This document shows, one piece after another, positions 54,330-63,626 of a stretch of DNA of 64,000 nt; positions within the stretch are counted from its first letter, which is position 1; every line of letters begins with the position of its first letter. Source of the DNA: an archaeon (GTDB lineage Archaea > Thermoproteota > Nitrososphaeria > Nitrososphaerales > Gagatemarchaeaceae). Made by a program: the position numbers and the translations under genes. The stretch lies in the NCBI GenBank assembly GCA_021823325.1, contig JAKAOG010000002.1:72651-136650 (forward strand), in the 5' to 3' direction. The notes below the pieces were generated by a model, which did not search any database, was not told where the DNA came from, and was given only the letters and a program-made list of their open reading frames with translations.

Positions 54330-54830
54330 TTGCAGGCGATCATCGGGAAGGTCGGGGACTACCTCGTCAGGGGGTGCGAGAAGGACGACGTCCCGACGGT
54401 CATCAGGATCAACGGAGAGACGCTTCCGGAGCACTATTCGGACTTCTTCTACTACGAGATCCTCGGAGAGTTCCCCGAGGCGTTTTTGGTCGCCGAAGTG
54501 GGTGGATCGATAGTGGGATATGTGATGGCGCGCATCGAGTACGGTTTCTCGCATCTGAAGCGCCTCGGGCTTTCCCGGAAGGGCCACATCGTCTCCGTCG
54601 CAGTTCTGGAGGAGCATCGCGGCAAGGGAGTCGGGTCAATCCTGATGGAGAAGGCGCAGGAGGCCATGGGGGCGCGGGGCGCCACCGAGTCATACCTCGA
54701 GGTGCGAGTTTCGAACGACCAGGCCATCAACCTATACCAGAGGCTGGGGTACAGGACATCGGGGAGGCTTGAGGCCTACTACAAGGACGGAGAAGCCGCG
54801 CTGGTGATGGCCTTACCTGTCGGACATTGA
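54330..54830 (+). CDS. RimI/Ard1-type N-alpha-acetyltransferase
   Basis: VAVLEEHRGKGVGSILMEKA and LYQRLGY. Confidence 0.8.
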   Translation: MQAIIGKVGDYLVRGCEKDDVPTVIRINGETLPEHYSDFFYYEILGEFPEAFLVAEVGGSIVGYVMARIEYGFSHLKRLGLSRKGHIVSVAVLEEHRGKGVGSILMEKAQEAMGARGATESYLEVRVSNDQAINLYQRLGYRTSGRLEAYYKDGEAALVMALPVGH

Positions 54831-56494
54831 AGCACAGCGCCACCTTCCTGTCCCTGGCGGAGACCCTTGAGCGGATAAGGGGGACCGCGAGCAAGAAAGA
54901 GAAGGTCGCCCTGGTCTCGGCTTTCCTGAAGGGGCTCACCCCGAGGGACGCCGAAGTCGCCGCACGGATAGCGTCTGGGCGATCTTCCGAACGCGGCAGC
55001 AGGGACGAAGCCCAGGTCGGCTATTCCGCCCTCCTCGGCGTGATCCGGGAGGTGACGGGTGCGACAGAGTCTGCCGTATCGAAGTCATATCTGAAGCACG
55101 GCGACCTCGGAGAGCTGGCCGAAGAGCTCCTTTCGGAGAAGAAGGAGCAGCCTCTCTTCAAAGAAGAGCTTACCCTCGCGTCTGTCGACGACGCCTTCGC
55201 GAGGCTCAGGGGAACGAAGGGGCACGGGGCTTCCGCCGCCAAGCGGGCGATAGTGAAGTCCCTAATCCTGGCGGCGACGCCTCTGGAAGGGAAGTACATT
55301 GTGAAGGTCCTCACCGGAGAGATGAGGACCGGGCTGGTGTCGGGTCTTCTAGCCGAGGCGATAGCCGGAGCCTTCGGACTTTCGGAGGAGGAGGCGAACA
55401 GGGCCCATATGGTCCTGGGAGACATAGGCGTCTTCGCCGGGAAGGCAGCAGAGGGGAAGGCGGCGAAGGTGGAGATCGAACCCTTCAGGCCGGTCAACTT
55501 CATGCTCGCGGAGCCCTATGCCACCGCCGGGGAGATCGCGGAGCACTTCGGAAGGCTGGTCTACGCCGAATACAAGTACGACGGGATCAGGGCCCAGGTT
55601 CACAGGTCGAAGGGGGAGACGAGGATATTCTCAAGGCGGCTTGAGGAGATAACCTCGGGGTTCCCCGAGATCGTCGCGGCGTTCAAAGACTCGAAGCGAG
55701 AGTTCGTGCTCGACGGTGAGGCGGTACCTTTCTCCGACGGAAGGCCGCTCCCTTTCCAGCTTCTCCAGCGCAGGCTGAGGAGGATGGAGGAGTTCGAAGA
55801 AGCTGCGAGGCAGGCGCCTGTCACCTACTTCGCGTTCGACCTGCTGTTCTTGGAAGGAAAGGAGACTGTCGACCTCCCGCTGTCTGAAAGGCGGAGGCTC
55901 CTCCAGAGGGTGGTGACGGGGACCACCGCCAGGACCGCCGAGTCCGTGGACGTCGCGACAGAGAGGGAGATCCAGCTTGCGTTCAGAGAGAGCAGGGACC
56001 TCGGATACGAGGGGCTGGTGGTGAAGGACCCGGACAGCGTCTACGGCATGGGGAAGAGGGGCTCCGGATGGGTGAAGCTGAAGGAAGAGCTGGACACCCT
56101 CGACGTGGTCATAGTGGCGGCTGAATACGGTCACGGAAAGAGGGCAGGGGTGATCTCAGACTACACCTTCGCCGTGAGGGACGGGGACCGCCTCAAGACG
56201 GTCGGGAAGGCATACAGCGGGCTGACTGACAGGGAGATCGATGAGATGACCAGGAAGCTCAAGGAGATCACGGTGAAGGACTTCGGGTATCGGCGCCAGG
56301 TCAAGCCGGAGGTGGTCGTCGAGGTGGCGTTCGACAGCGTACAGAAGAGCGACAGGCACGACAGCGGGTTCGCGCTGAGGTTCCCGAGGATCAAACGGAT
56401 AAGGGACGACAAGGGGTTGGCTGACATCGACACCATCGCCAAGGTCGCGGGCATATTCTCGGGGCAGAAGCTGAAGGTCGACGAAGCGGCATAG
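54827..56494 (+). CDS. lig: ATP-dependent DNA ligase
   Basis: AEYKYDGIRAQVH adenylation lysine motif, EGLVVK, WVKLK, RFPR. TTG start overlaps the upstream stop (TTGA). Confidence 0.95.
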   Translation: MKHSATFLSLAETLERIRGTASKKEKVALVSAFLKGLTPRDAEVAARIASGRSSERGSRDEAQVGYSALLGVIREVTGATESAVSKSYLKHGDLGELAEELLSEKKEQPLFKEELTLASVDDAFARLRGTKGHGASAAKRAIVKSLILAATPLEGKYIVKVLTGEMRTGLVSGLLAEAIAGAFGLSEEEANRAHMVLGDIGVFAGKAAEGKAAKVEIEPFRPVNFMLAEPYATAGEIAEHFGRLVYAEYKYDGIRAQVHRSKGETRIFSRRLEEITSGFPEIVAAFKDSKREFVLDGEAVPFSDGRPLPFQLLQRRLRRMEEFEEAARQAPVTYFAFDLLFLEGKETVDLPLSERRRLLQRVVTGTTARTAESVDVATEREIQLAFRESRDLGYEGLVVKDPDSVYGMGKRGSGWVKLKEELDTLDVVIVAAEYGHGKRAGVISDYTFAVRDGDRLKTVGKAYSGLTDREIDEMTRKLKEITVKDFGYRRQVKPEVVVEVAFDSVQKSDRHDSGFALRFPRIKRIRDDKGLADIDTIAKVAGIFSGQKLKVDEAA

Positions 56495-56536
56495 ACGCCT
56501 GCTGCTTATATCCGGAAGGCGGACGAGCATGAACGG

Positions 56537-57151
56537 TTGTACGCCCAGCTCCTCATCGCGCTTTCGTTCGCCATCGCCGCGTACCAAGACGCCCGCGAGC
56601 GGGCGGTCAGCGACCTCGTGTGGATCCCCGGCGGGGCGGCGGTCGTCTACATCCTCTACTCGTTCTACATCGGCGCCGTCCCCGACTTTCCGTTCTTCCT
56701 CCTGAAGCTGGCCCTCATCGGCGGGATCGCGCTCGGATTCACCTTCTTCGGATTCGTCGGCCAGGCGGACGGCATCGCCATAGCGCTTATCGCGGCTGAC
56801 CCGTACGTCCTGTCTCCGCTGCTCCCGCTCCTGGCGGCCGCCGTCGTCGCCGCAGGGCACATCGGGTACGAGTTCTGGAGAGGGAACGCGAGGGCGAAGG
56901 CGATCCCCATGGGCCGGTTCCTGAAAGAGCAGTGCTGGATCCCGAAGGCGATAATCTCCGACGGGGTGAGGACTGAAGTGAGCTCAGACGTAAACAAAGC
57001 AAGGGAGGAGGTCGTGGCCGCGGGGAAGCCTGACGCGACGGTAGAGGTGCGTTACGGCGTCCCCACTGTGGCGTACCTGGGCGTCGGCTACGTCGCCTAC
57101 ATCGTGTACATCATCCTGGTAAGCTACGCAGTCTTCGCCGCCTTGCCGTAA
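56537..57151 (+). CDS. A24 family prepilin/preflagellin peptidase-like protein
   Basis: Polytopic. First Asp context AAYQDARERAVSD, second GFVGQADGIAIAL. Confidence 0.6.
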   Translation: MYAQLLIALSFAIAAYQDARERAVSDLVWIPGGAAVVYILYSFYIGAVPDFPFFLLKLALIGGIALGFTFFGFVGQADGIAIALIAADPYVLSPLLPLLAAAVVAAGHIGYEFWRGNARAKAIPMGRFLKEQCWIPKAIISDGVRTEVSSDVNKAREEVVAAGKPDATVEVRYGVPTVAYLGVGYVAYIVYIILVSYAVFAALP

Positions 57152-57188
57152 ACGGAAAGACAGGTTAAATCCGCATCCCCGAAACCGG

Positions 57189-57788
57189 ATGGGGCTTATG
57201 ACGTTCGTCGTCCTTGAAGGCTTCTCGGGGACCGGCAAGACTTCGCTTGCTCAGGGGCTGGAAAGGATGGGCTGGATAAGGCTCCAAGAGTCCGCTCACG
57301 CCGTTCCGAGGGACGTCCCCGTCGCAGACAGGGCAGACACGGCGGCAGACTTCAGCCTCCTCGGCGCCACCATGACGTACAGCTCGGTCGTGTCCAAGCT
57401 CAGAGGGACCAGGAACATCGTTTCGGAAGGGTATCTCCTCTCAGACCTCGCCTATGCTAAGATAAGGTACGAGCTCAAGAAGAGCGACGCCTATCCTTCG
57501 ATGGTCGCGATGGTGAAGCGGATCCTGGAAGAGAAGACGCTGCGGCCAGACCTGTACATCCTCCTGAAGGCTGGCGACGAGACGATCAGCCACAGGCAGC
57601 AGGGGAAAGACGACCGCGAAAGGAACACGGGCGATTATTTCAAGGCCAGATACTACACCGCCCTAGCGGAGATACACGAGGAGCTGAAAGAGACGGCCAT
57701 CGAGCCGGTTGAGACCGACCATGACGTCGAAGTGACTCTGGGGAACATCCTGCGCACCCTTGAAGGACGCAAAGTGAGCGACGCGTGA
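57189..57788 (+). CDS. P-loop kinase, thymidylate/deoxynucleoside kinase-like
   Basis: VVLEGFSGTGKTSLAQ Walker A. About 199 aa. Lid-like RQQGKDDRERN. Confidence 0.5.
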   Translation: MGLMTFVVLEGFSGTGKTSLAQGLERMGWIRLQESAHAVPRDVPVADRADTAADFSLLGATMTYSSVVSKLRGTRNIVSEGYLLSDLAYAKIRYELKKSDAYPSMVAMVKRILEEKTLRPDLYILLKAGDETISHRQQGKDDRERNTGDYFKARYYTALAEIHEELKETAIEPVETDHDVEVTLGNILRTLEGRKVSDA

Positions 57789-58612
57789 ACGCCGTCGAGT
57801 GGGAAGAGTTCCTGTTCGCTTCAACGGCCAGGGTCTGGCAGAAGGTTGCGCCCTTGGCGAAGAAGGGAGGGAGAGGGAGGACCGTGGGGACGGGAGCCGC
57901 AGGAGACATGACCATCTACGCGGACAAGCTCGCAGAAGACCTCCTCATCGGAGACCTGAAGAAGACGGCGGGGGTCAGGATCCTGAGCGAAGAGGCGGGA
58001 GCCGTGGGACCGCGAGACGGAAGCGCGCTCGCCGTCGTGGACCCGTTGGACGGGTCTTCGAACTTTGAGAGAGGCATCCCGTTCTATTGCACCTCGGTCG
58101 CCATCGTCACCGGGAAGAGCATCGACGATACGTCTGTGGGAGTGGTGAGGGACCTCGTGACCGGGGACGTGTACTCGGCGAGGAAAGGAGAGGGGGCGAA
58201 AAAGAACGGGAAGAGGATCAGGACGAGCAGGACGGTCGACAGCGCGAAGTCTCTCGTGGGGGTAGACATCAGCAGGAGCCCCCCAGGACTTGTCCGAGCG
58301 CTTGCGCCCCTGGTCGAAGGAGTGAAGCGCCAGGTCCATCTTGGCGCGAACGCGCTCGAGCTCTGCTACTTGGCGGAAGGGAAGACGGACTCGTTCGTAG
58401 ATCTGAGGGGAAAGATGCGCGTCACCGACTTCGCGGCCGCGAACCTCATCGCCCGCGAAGCGGGGGCCGTGGTCACCGGCTCGTACGGCGAGACGCTCGA
58501 CGTCAGGTTCGACCTGGAGCACAGGTTCAGCTTCGTCGCGTCGGCTAACCCTGTGCTGCACCGGAAGGTCCTCTCGATGTGCAAGGGCTGGAAGGGTGGA
58601 GAGGACCTTTGA
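57785..58612 (+). CDS. Inositol monophosphatase family phosphatase (IMPase/FBPase/NADP phosphatase-type)
   Basis: ILSEE, VVDPLDGSSNF, and a WD-like C-terminal motif region. GTGA overlap with the kinase gene. Confidence 0.85.
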   Translation: MNAVEWEEFLFASTARVWQKVAPLAKKGGRGRTVGTGAAGDMTIYADKLAEDLLIGDLKKTAGVRILSEEAGAVGPRDGSALAVVDPLDGSSNFERGIPFYCTSVAIVTGKSIDDTSVGVVRDLVTGDVYSARKGEGAKKNGKRIRTSRTVDSAKSLVGVDISRSPPGLVRALAPLVEGVKRQVHLGANALELCYLAEGKTDSFVDLRGKMRVTDFAAANLIAREAGAVVTGSYGETLDVRFDLEHRFSFVASANPVLHRKVLSMCKGWKGGEDL

Positions 58613-59709
58613 AGGTATCGATCGTAGTAGGGACAAGGCCCCAGATCATCAAGAGCGCCCCTGTGTATCACGCCCTTGCGAAGTCCGGGCATGAGTGCGA
58701 CATCGTAAACACGGGGCAGCACTACGACTACGAGATGAACAAGATCTTCTTCAAAGAGCTCAGCCTCCCGGACCCGTCGGCCGACCTCAACGTGGGCGCG
58801 GGGACGCCAAGCGAGCAGGTCTCGGCCATAGTCGCGGGCCTGGGAAAGCTGTTCGCGTCGGCGAAGCCCGACCTTGTCATCTCTCCCGGAGACACCAATT
58901 CCGCCCTGTCGGCAGGGATAGCGGCCGCGAAGTCGGGAGTCCCGCTCGCTCACCTGGAATCTGGTTGCAGGTCCAACGACTTTCAGATGGCCGAGGAAGT
59001 GAACAGGAGGATACTGGACCACATGTCGCAGCTGCTTCTGTGCCCCACCCCCGGGTGCGTGAAGAACGTGAGGGCCGAGAAGGTCCTGGCCGACGAGGTC
59101 GTCAACGTGGGGGACACGATGTACGACTCGCTCCTCAGGTTCGTCCCTTCCCTTCAGAAGATCGACGCGGCTTCAAAACACGGACTGGAAGAAGGAGGGT
59201 ACGCGTTCATGACGCTTCACCGGGCCGAGACGGTAGACGACCCGGGCTCGCTGAGGTCCGTGCTCGAAGGGGTGGGGTCTCTGGGCATCCCTGTGGCGTT
59301 CAGCGTTCATCCTAGGACGAGGGAGCGCCTGAGGGCGTTCAATGTCTCGCCGGGGCCGAACGTCACCCTCCTCGAGCCGCTCCCGTACGTCGAGACGCTG
59401 TCAATGGCAAGCAGGTCGAAGTTCGTCGTCACCGACTCAGGAGGTCTGCAGAAGGAGGCATACTGGCTGGGCAAGGCCGTCCTGATACCGAGGGACGAGA
59501 CAGAGTGGCATGAGATCGTGGACGCGGGCGCGGCGTTCCTCACCGGGAGCAGCGCGGAGAAGATCAGGAGAGACGCAAGGAAGCTCTCGCGCGTCAGACA
59601 GAGCGCCTTCAAGGCTACGAAACGGATTTTCGGCCGCGGAAACGCCTCTGAAAACGTGGTCAGGGCCGTCTCCAGGTTCCTCGGCGCCGGCGGAAAGAAG
59701 GGAAGTTGA
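58609..59709 (+). CDS. wecB: UDP-N-acetylglucosamine 2-epimerase
   Basis: VSIVVGTRPQIIK, GDTNSAL, HLESGCRS, TDSGGLQKEA. TTGA overlap with the upstream stop. Confidence 0.85.
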   Translation: MKVSIVVGTRPQIIKSAPVYHALAKSGHECDIVNTGQHYDYEMNKIFFKELSLPDPSADLNVGAGTPSEQVSAIVAGLGKLFASAKPDLVISPGDTNSALSAGIAAAKSGVPLAHLESGCRSNDFQMAEEVNRRILDHMSQLLLCPTPGCVKNVRAEKVLADEVVNVGDTMYDSLLRFVPSLQKIDAASKHGLEEGGYAFMTLHRAETVDDPGSLRSVLEGVGSLGIPVAFSVHPRTRERLRAFNVSPGPNVTLLEPLPYVETLSMASRSKFVVTDSGGLQKEAYWLGKAVLIPRDETEWHEIVDAGAAFLTGSSAEKIRRDARKLSRVRQSAFKATKRIFGRGNASENVVRAVSRFLGAGGKKGS

Positions 59710-60872
59710 CGAAGACGGAGCCCTCAGGCAGGGGGAATATCGTGATGCTGCTCTCGAACCCCGCGACGTTCGATCAGAGGCCCCTCAAAGAGGCGCACGC
59801 TCTGTCGAAGGCAGGGTTCAGGGTCACGATCCTCGCGTGGGACAGAGAGCTGGAGACGAAGTCGGACTCTGTCTACGGCGACGGGTTACAGATCAAGAGG
59901 ATGAGGGTAGGCGCGGGCCACGGAACCCCATTCCTCACGGCGCCGAAGCTCGTCCTCTTCTATCTCTGGTGTCTGGCGCACCTGGCGTTCACGCGCGCAG
60001 ACGCCGTGCACTGCCATGACGTCGACACCCTCCCTGCCGGGTACGCAGCCAGGGCGTTGAAGCTCGGAGGTCCGAAGCTCGGAGGTCCGAAGCTCGTGTA
60101 CGACATGCACGACCTCCCCGAGGCGTTCCTGCGGTTCTTTCCTCTGACCAGGGTGACCCAGGCTGTCGCGCTGAGTACCGCGAGGCGGGCGGCAGCGGCA
60201 GTCCTCGTGGTGAACGACAGATTCGTTTCCTATCTCTCGAAGATGGGCTTCCTGCCTTCGAAGCTGACCGTCATAATGAACGCGCCACCCTCCGTGTCGG
60301 CCAGAAAGCCCAGGCCCAAGGGGAAGGGGCTTGGCGTGCTGTATTACGGGGCGCTGAGCGAAGAGAGAGGGGTTGGTCTCCTGCTGGAGGCGTTGAAGGG
60401 GCTGGACGGAGTGACGCTCTCGCTTGCGGGCAGGGGGGATCTTGAAGCCGCCGTGCGGGAGAGGGCGGCGGCTGACGGTTCCGTCAGGTTCCTAGGGTGG
60501 CTGAAGATGAGCGACCTCGAGCCTGCGATCAGGAGAGCGGACCTGATCCCCTCGCTCTACGAACCCAAGAGCAAAAACGCCCAGATGGCCACCCCCGGCA
60601 AGCTGCTCACAGCGATGTCCCTCTCCATCCCGACCCTCGTACCCAGGGGGAGCTATCAGGCGGAACTGGTCGAGAGGCTGGGCTGCGGGATCGTGGTAGA
60701 CTGGAAGAGCACCTCCGACGTGAGGGGCGCCGTGGAGCGGCTCGCCACGGACAGAAAGTTCTACGAGAGGCTCTCTTCGGCGGCTTACGAGGCGTTCGTT
60801 TCCCACTTCAGCTGGGAGGTCATGGAGTCGAGGTTGACGGAGCTCTACGGCACGCTGCTCACTTCTGCTTGA
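59706..60872 (+). CDS. GT4-family glycosyltransferase
   Basis: C-terminal PGKLLTAMSLSIPTLV... GT-B motif region. TTGA overlap with wecB. Confidence 0.75.
   Translation: MTKTEPSGRGNIVMLLSNPATFDQRPLKEAHALSKAGFRVTILAWDRELETKSDSVYGDGLQIKRMRVGAGHGTPFLTAPKLVLFYLWCLAHLAFTRADAVHCHDVDTLPAGYAARALKLGGPKLGGPKLVYDMHDLPEAFLRFFPLTRVTQAVALSTARRAAAAVLVVNDRFVSYLSKMGFLPSKLTVIMNAPPSVSARKPRPKGKGLGVLYYGALSEERGVGLLLEALKGLDGVTLSLAGRGDLEAAVRERAAADGSVRFLGWLKMSDLEPAIRRADLIPSLYEPKSKNAQMATPGKLLTAMSLSIPTLVPRGSYQAELVERLGCGIVVDWKSTSDVRGAVERLATDRKFYERLSSAAYEAFVSHFSWEVMESRLTELYGTLLTSA
60059..60096 (+). repeat. Perfect 15-bp in-frame tandem duplication
   Basis: AGCTCGGAGGTCCGA occurs at 60061-60075 and 60076-60090, followed by a partial third copy. 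It encodes KLGGPKLGGPKL. Confidence 0.9.
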
Positions 60873-61656
60873 GCAGCGTCTGATAGATCTCGTCCCACCT
60901 GGACGCCACGGCAGCAGCCTCATACTCCTTTGGAAGACCGGCGGTCACCTTGCCTGTCCAGTCTACCACAGAACAGCCGCAGGCAAGCGCCTCCAAAGCC
61001 GCCCTGCCGAGCGACCGGGCGACGACGTGGGCCGGAGGCCTCCTCATATCGATATAGTATGTGTACTTTGACAGGACACCCGGCATGTCCGCGTGCTTGA
61101 CGCTCCATCTTTCGAGCCAGTCGAGCTTGAGGCCGAGCTCCTTCGCGGCGGCTTCCGCTTCCGCGTCCATTCCGTAATGGAACGACACCGCCGAGTCCTG
61201 AGCCCGTGGGCCGCCGGTGTCTCTGAACAGCCCCGTGTCTATCGGGTTCGGGACATAGACCGCGCCGGCAGGAGCGCCCTCAAGGAGGTTCGGGGTGGAG
61301 ACCGCGACGAAGTCTGCCTTAGACCACCTGCCGCGCTTTTCGGCCCACCGCCCCTCGATGTCGGTCCCGTGGTAGTGCATCACCACAGGCCCGCCCTGCA
61401 GCCTCTTGACCCACGGGACCACCCTGTCCAGGGAGTGCACGTGCACCAGGTCTGCGCGCCTGGACATCCGGACCGCCCTGAAGAAGAAAGAGGCCGCTCC
61501 TTCGTTGTATGCGGTGCCATAGGTGGTCAGCCCTGCCCGGTCTGCGGCCTGGCGTGTGATCACCGTGCTTTCGGTGTTGAACATCGAGTCAGTGAACTTG
61601 GCTATGTCGCTCGCTACCCCGGCCGTGTTCCATACGTGGAGTACCTTCGCCTTCAA
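60859..61656 (-). CDS. Short GT-B-like glycosyltransferase-related protein
   Basis: SLGRAALEALACGCSVV resembles the GT1/GT4 C-terminal nucleotide-sugar motif. Confidence 0.45.
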   Translation of the reverse strand: MKAKVLHVWNTAGVASDIAKFTDSMFNTESTVITRQAADRAGLTTYGTAYNEGAASFFFRAVRMSRRADLVHVHSLDRVVPWVKRLQGGPVVMHYHGTDIEGRWAEKRGRWSKADFVAVSTPNLLEGAPAGAVYVPNPIDTGLFRDTGGPRAQDSAVSFHYGMDAEAEAAAKELGLKLDWLERWSVKHADMPGVLSKYTYYIDMRRPPAHVVARSLGRAALEALACGCSVVDWTGKVTAGLPKEYEAAAVASRWDEIYQTLLKQK

Positions 61657-61763
61657 CGGTGCCGGCGCGCCCCGGAGTGGCTAAAACCTTCCGCGCGAGC
61701 TAAAATATGCCAGACGACGGGATAGGCGCAGCCTGATGAAAGGAGTCGTGAAACCACCCGAAC

Positions 61764-63248
61764 ATGACGAGTAGCTTCGGACTGCGTTCGACCGGGCTCG
61801 TCGTCTTCTCCGGCCGACTGTTCAGCGCCTTCACCGGACTGCTCTTCAGCCTGATGGCCGCCAGGTGGTTGAACCCCGCGGGGTTCGGGGTGTGGGAGGT
61901 AATCATCACCATACTGACGTTCGCTTCTTATCCGATCGGGACCGTGGCATATTGGGCCACAAGGGATATCGCAAGGGGGAGGATGGTCGGCCGGACCGCG
62001 CTCCTGACCGGCGCCCTCCTGAGCGGGGCGGGGCTCGCGATCTATCTGGGGTTCTCGGTCTTCACCTATTCGAGGGTCGCCGCTGCCTTCACCCCGTTCC
62101 TTCTGGGTGCGCTCCTCGTCCCCCTAAGCTACTGGTCTTCGACCGCTAACGCCATCGTCAACGGGTACAGGCCGTCCGTCTACGGCTACTCCCTCGTCGT
62201 CTCTGAGGTGTCCAAGATAGCCGTCGCTTACTCCGCCCTCTACGTCTTCCACCTTGGGATAGAGGGGGTGATAGTCGGCCTCCTCGCCGCCTATCTCGTC
62301 CAGTCGGTGGTGAGCACGGCGATGGTGAAGGACACCGCGTCAGAGAAGTTCGACCTTGGTGAAGTGAAGCGCTGGTCCAGGCTCGCCTGGCTCCCGGCGG
62401 TGAGCTACCTCCCTACGTCCCTCGCGGTCGCTGACACCTTCATGGTGGCGCTCCTCCACGGCACGACGGTCGTGGGGACGTACCAGGTCGCGTTCACGGT
62501 TGCGACGATAGTGACATACGCGTCGAGCCTCGTCTTCGCGATGTATCCGCTCCTCTTGCGGGGGAGCGACGCCCGCCTTCCTGGGATCTCCCTGGAGTTT
62601 TCCATGCTCTTCACGATCCCGATGGCGGCAGGGTGCGTCGCGCTCGCTTCACCGATCCTCTACCTTTTCGGGCCGAAGTACCTTCCTGGAGCCCTGGGGC
62701 TCTCGGTCCTGGCCGTCATGTTCGTTTTCTATAACGTGTCGTCCCTTCTGGATCAGACCCTACTTGGAACGGAAAGGGCCGACTGGGGCGAGACCCCAAG
62801 CTTCAGGCGGCTGGTGGCAAGCAACCTGCTGTTCGTGCCGACCGTGAACATCAGCTACGGGGTCGCGTACCTGGCGGCGCTCTTCATCACGCTGACATAC
62901 GCCATGGCGGCAGGGTTCAGCGTTTCGGCCGACGTCACCACCTGGGCCGCTGTACAGTTAGCCTCCACCTTCGTCTTCATGCTGATCAAAGTGAGGAGGG
63001 CCAGCAGGGTGGCGAAGTTGGCCCCGGGGGTGAGCGTGGCATACTACCTGGTTGCGGCGGCCCTTATGGCGCTGGTAGTGCACTACGCGGCGCCTGTCTT
63101 GGCGGTGGAGAGCGGGTCGACTCTGACATACGGCCTGAGGCTCCTGTCGGTGATGGCGGTCGGCGGCGTCGTCTATTTCGGGGCGGTATACGCGATGGAC
63201 TCGAAGTTCAGAGTCCTCGCCAGGGCCCTCTTCAGCAAAATCAGATAG
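61764..63248 (+). CDS. Wzx/MOP-superfamily polysaccharide flippase
   Basis: 494 aa, about 12-14 TM, polysaccharide biosynthesis protein-like N-terminus (VVFSGRLFSAFTGLLFSLMAARWL). Confidence 0.7.
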   Translation: MTSSFGLRSTGLVVFSGRLFSAFTGLLFSLMAARWLNPAGFGVWEVIITILTFASYPIGTVAYWATRDIARGRMVGRTALLTGALLSGAGLAIYLGFSVFTYSRVAAAFTPFLLGALLVPLSYWSSTANAIVNGYRPSVYGYSLVVSEVSKIAVAYSALYVFHLGIEGVIVGLLAAYLVQSVVSTAMVKDTASEKFDLGEVKRWSRLAWLPAVSYLPTSLAVADTFMVALLHGTTVVGTYQVAFTVATIVTYASSLVFAMYPLLLRGSDARLPGISLEFSMLFTIPMAAGCVALASPILYLFGPKYLPGALGLSVLAVMFVFYNVSSLLDQTLLGTERADWGETPSFRRLVASNLLFVPTVNISYGVAYLAALFITLTYAMAAGFSVSADVTTWAAVQLASTFVFMLIKVRRASRVAKLAPGVSVAYYLVAAALMALVVHYAAPVLAVESGSTLTYGLRLLSVMAVGGVVYFGAVYAMDSKFRVLARALFSKIR

Positions 63249-63312
63249 AGCCAACCGAGCACGTCGGCGGCGACAGTGGAGGTTACCGTTTCTGTCTCGG
63301 ACGGAGAGGGGC

Positions 63313-63570
63313 TTAGCTCTTCTTGGCGCCGCTGTCTGCGGCCGGCTTCTCAGGTGTCATCTCCGGGATGTCGGTTATCGGCTCCGGAGGTGGAGTGGTC
63401 GCCATGGTGTAGCCGATCCATGCCAGTATCGCAAGGAGCACGAACACCCCGACGAATGCGGTGATCTCGACCACCAGCGGACCCCAGTACCAGAGGAGAA
63501 GCGCGTATACGATTATCCCGATGACGCTTCCTGCGAAAATTCCCCCGCCAATCGCTCTGTCGTTTGCCAT
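63313..63570 (-). CDS. Small two-TM membrane protein
   Basis: 85 aa with two hydrophobic helices and a Pro-rich tail. Confidence 0.4.
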   Translation of the reverse strand: MANDRAIGGGIFAGSVIGIIVYALLLWYWGPLVVEITAFVGVFVLLAILAWIGYTMATTPPPEPITDIPEMTPEKPAADSGAKKS

Positions 63571-63626
63571 GAAACAGTCCGCGCTCCCGAACCGCTGATT
63601 TAACGATTACGGAGCTTACGAGCGCC

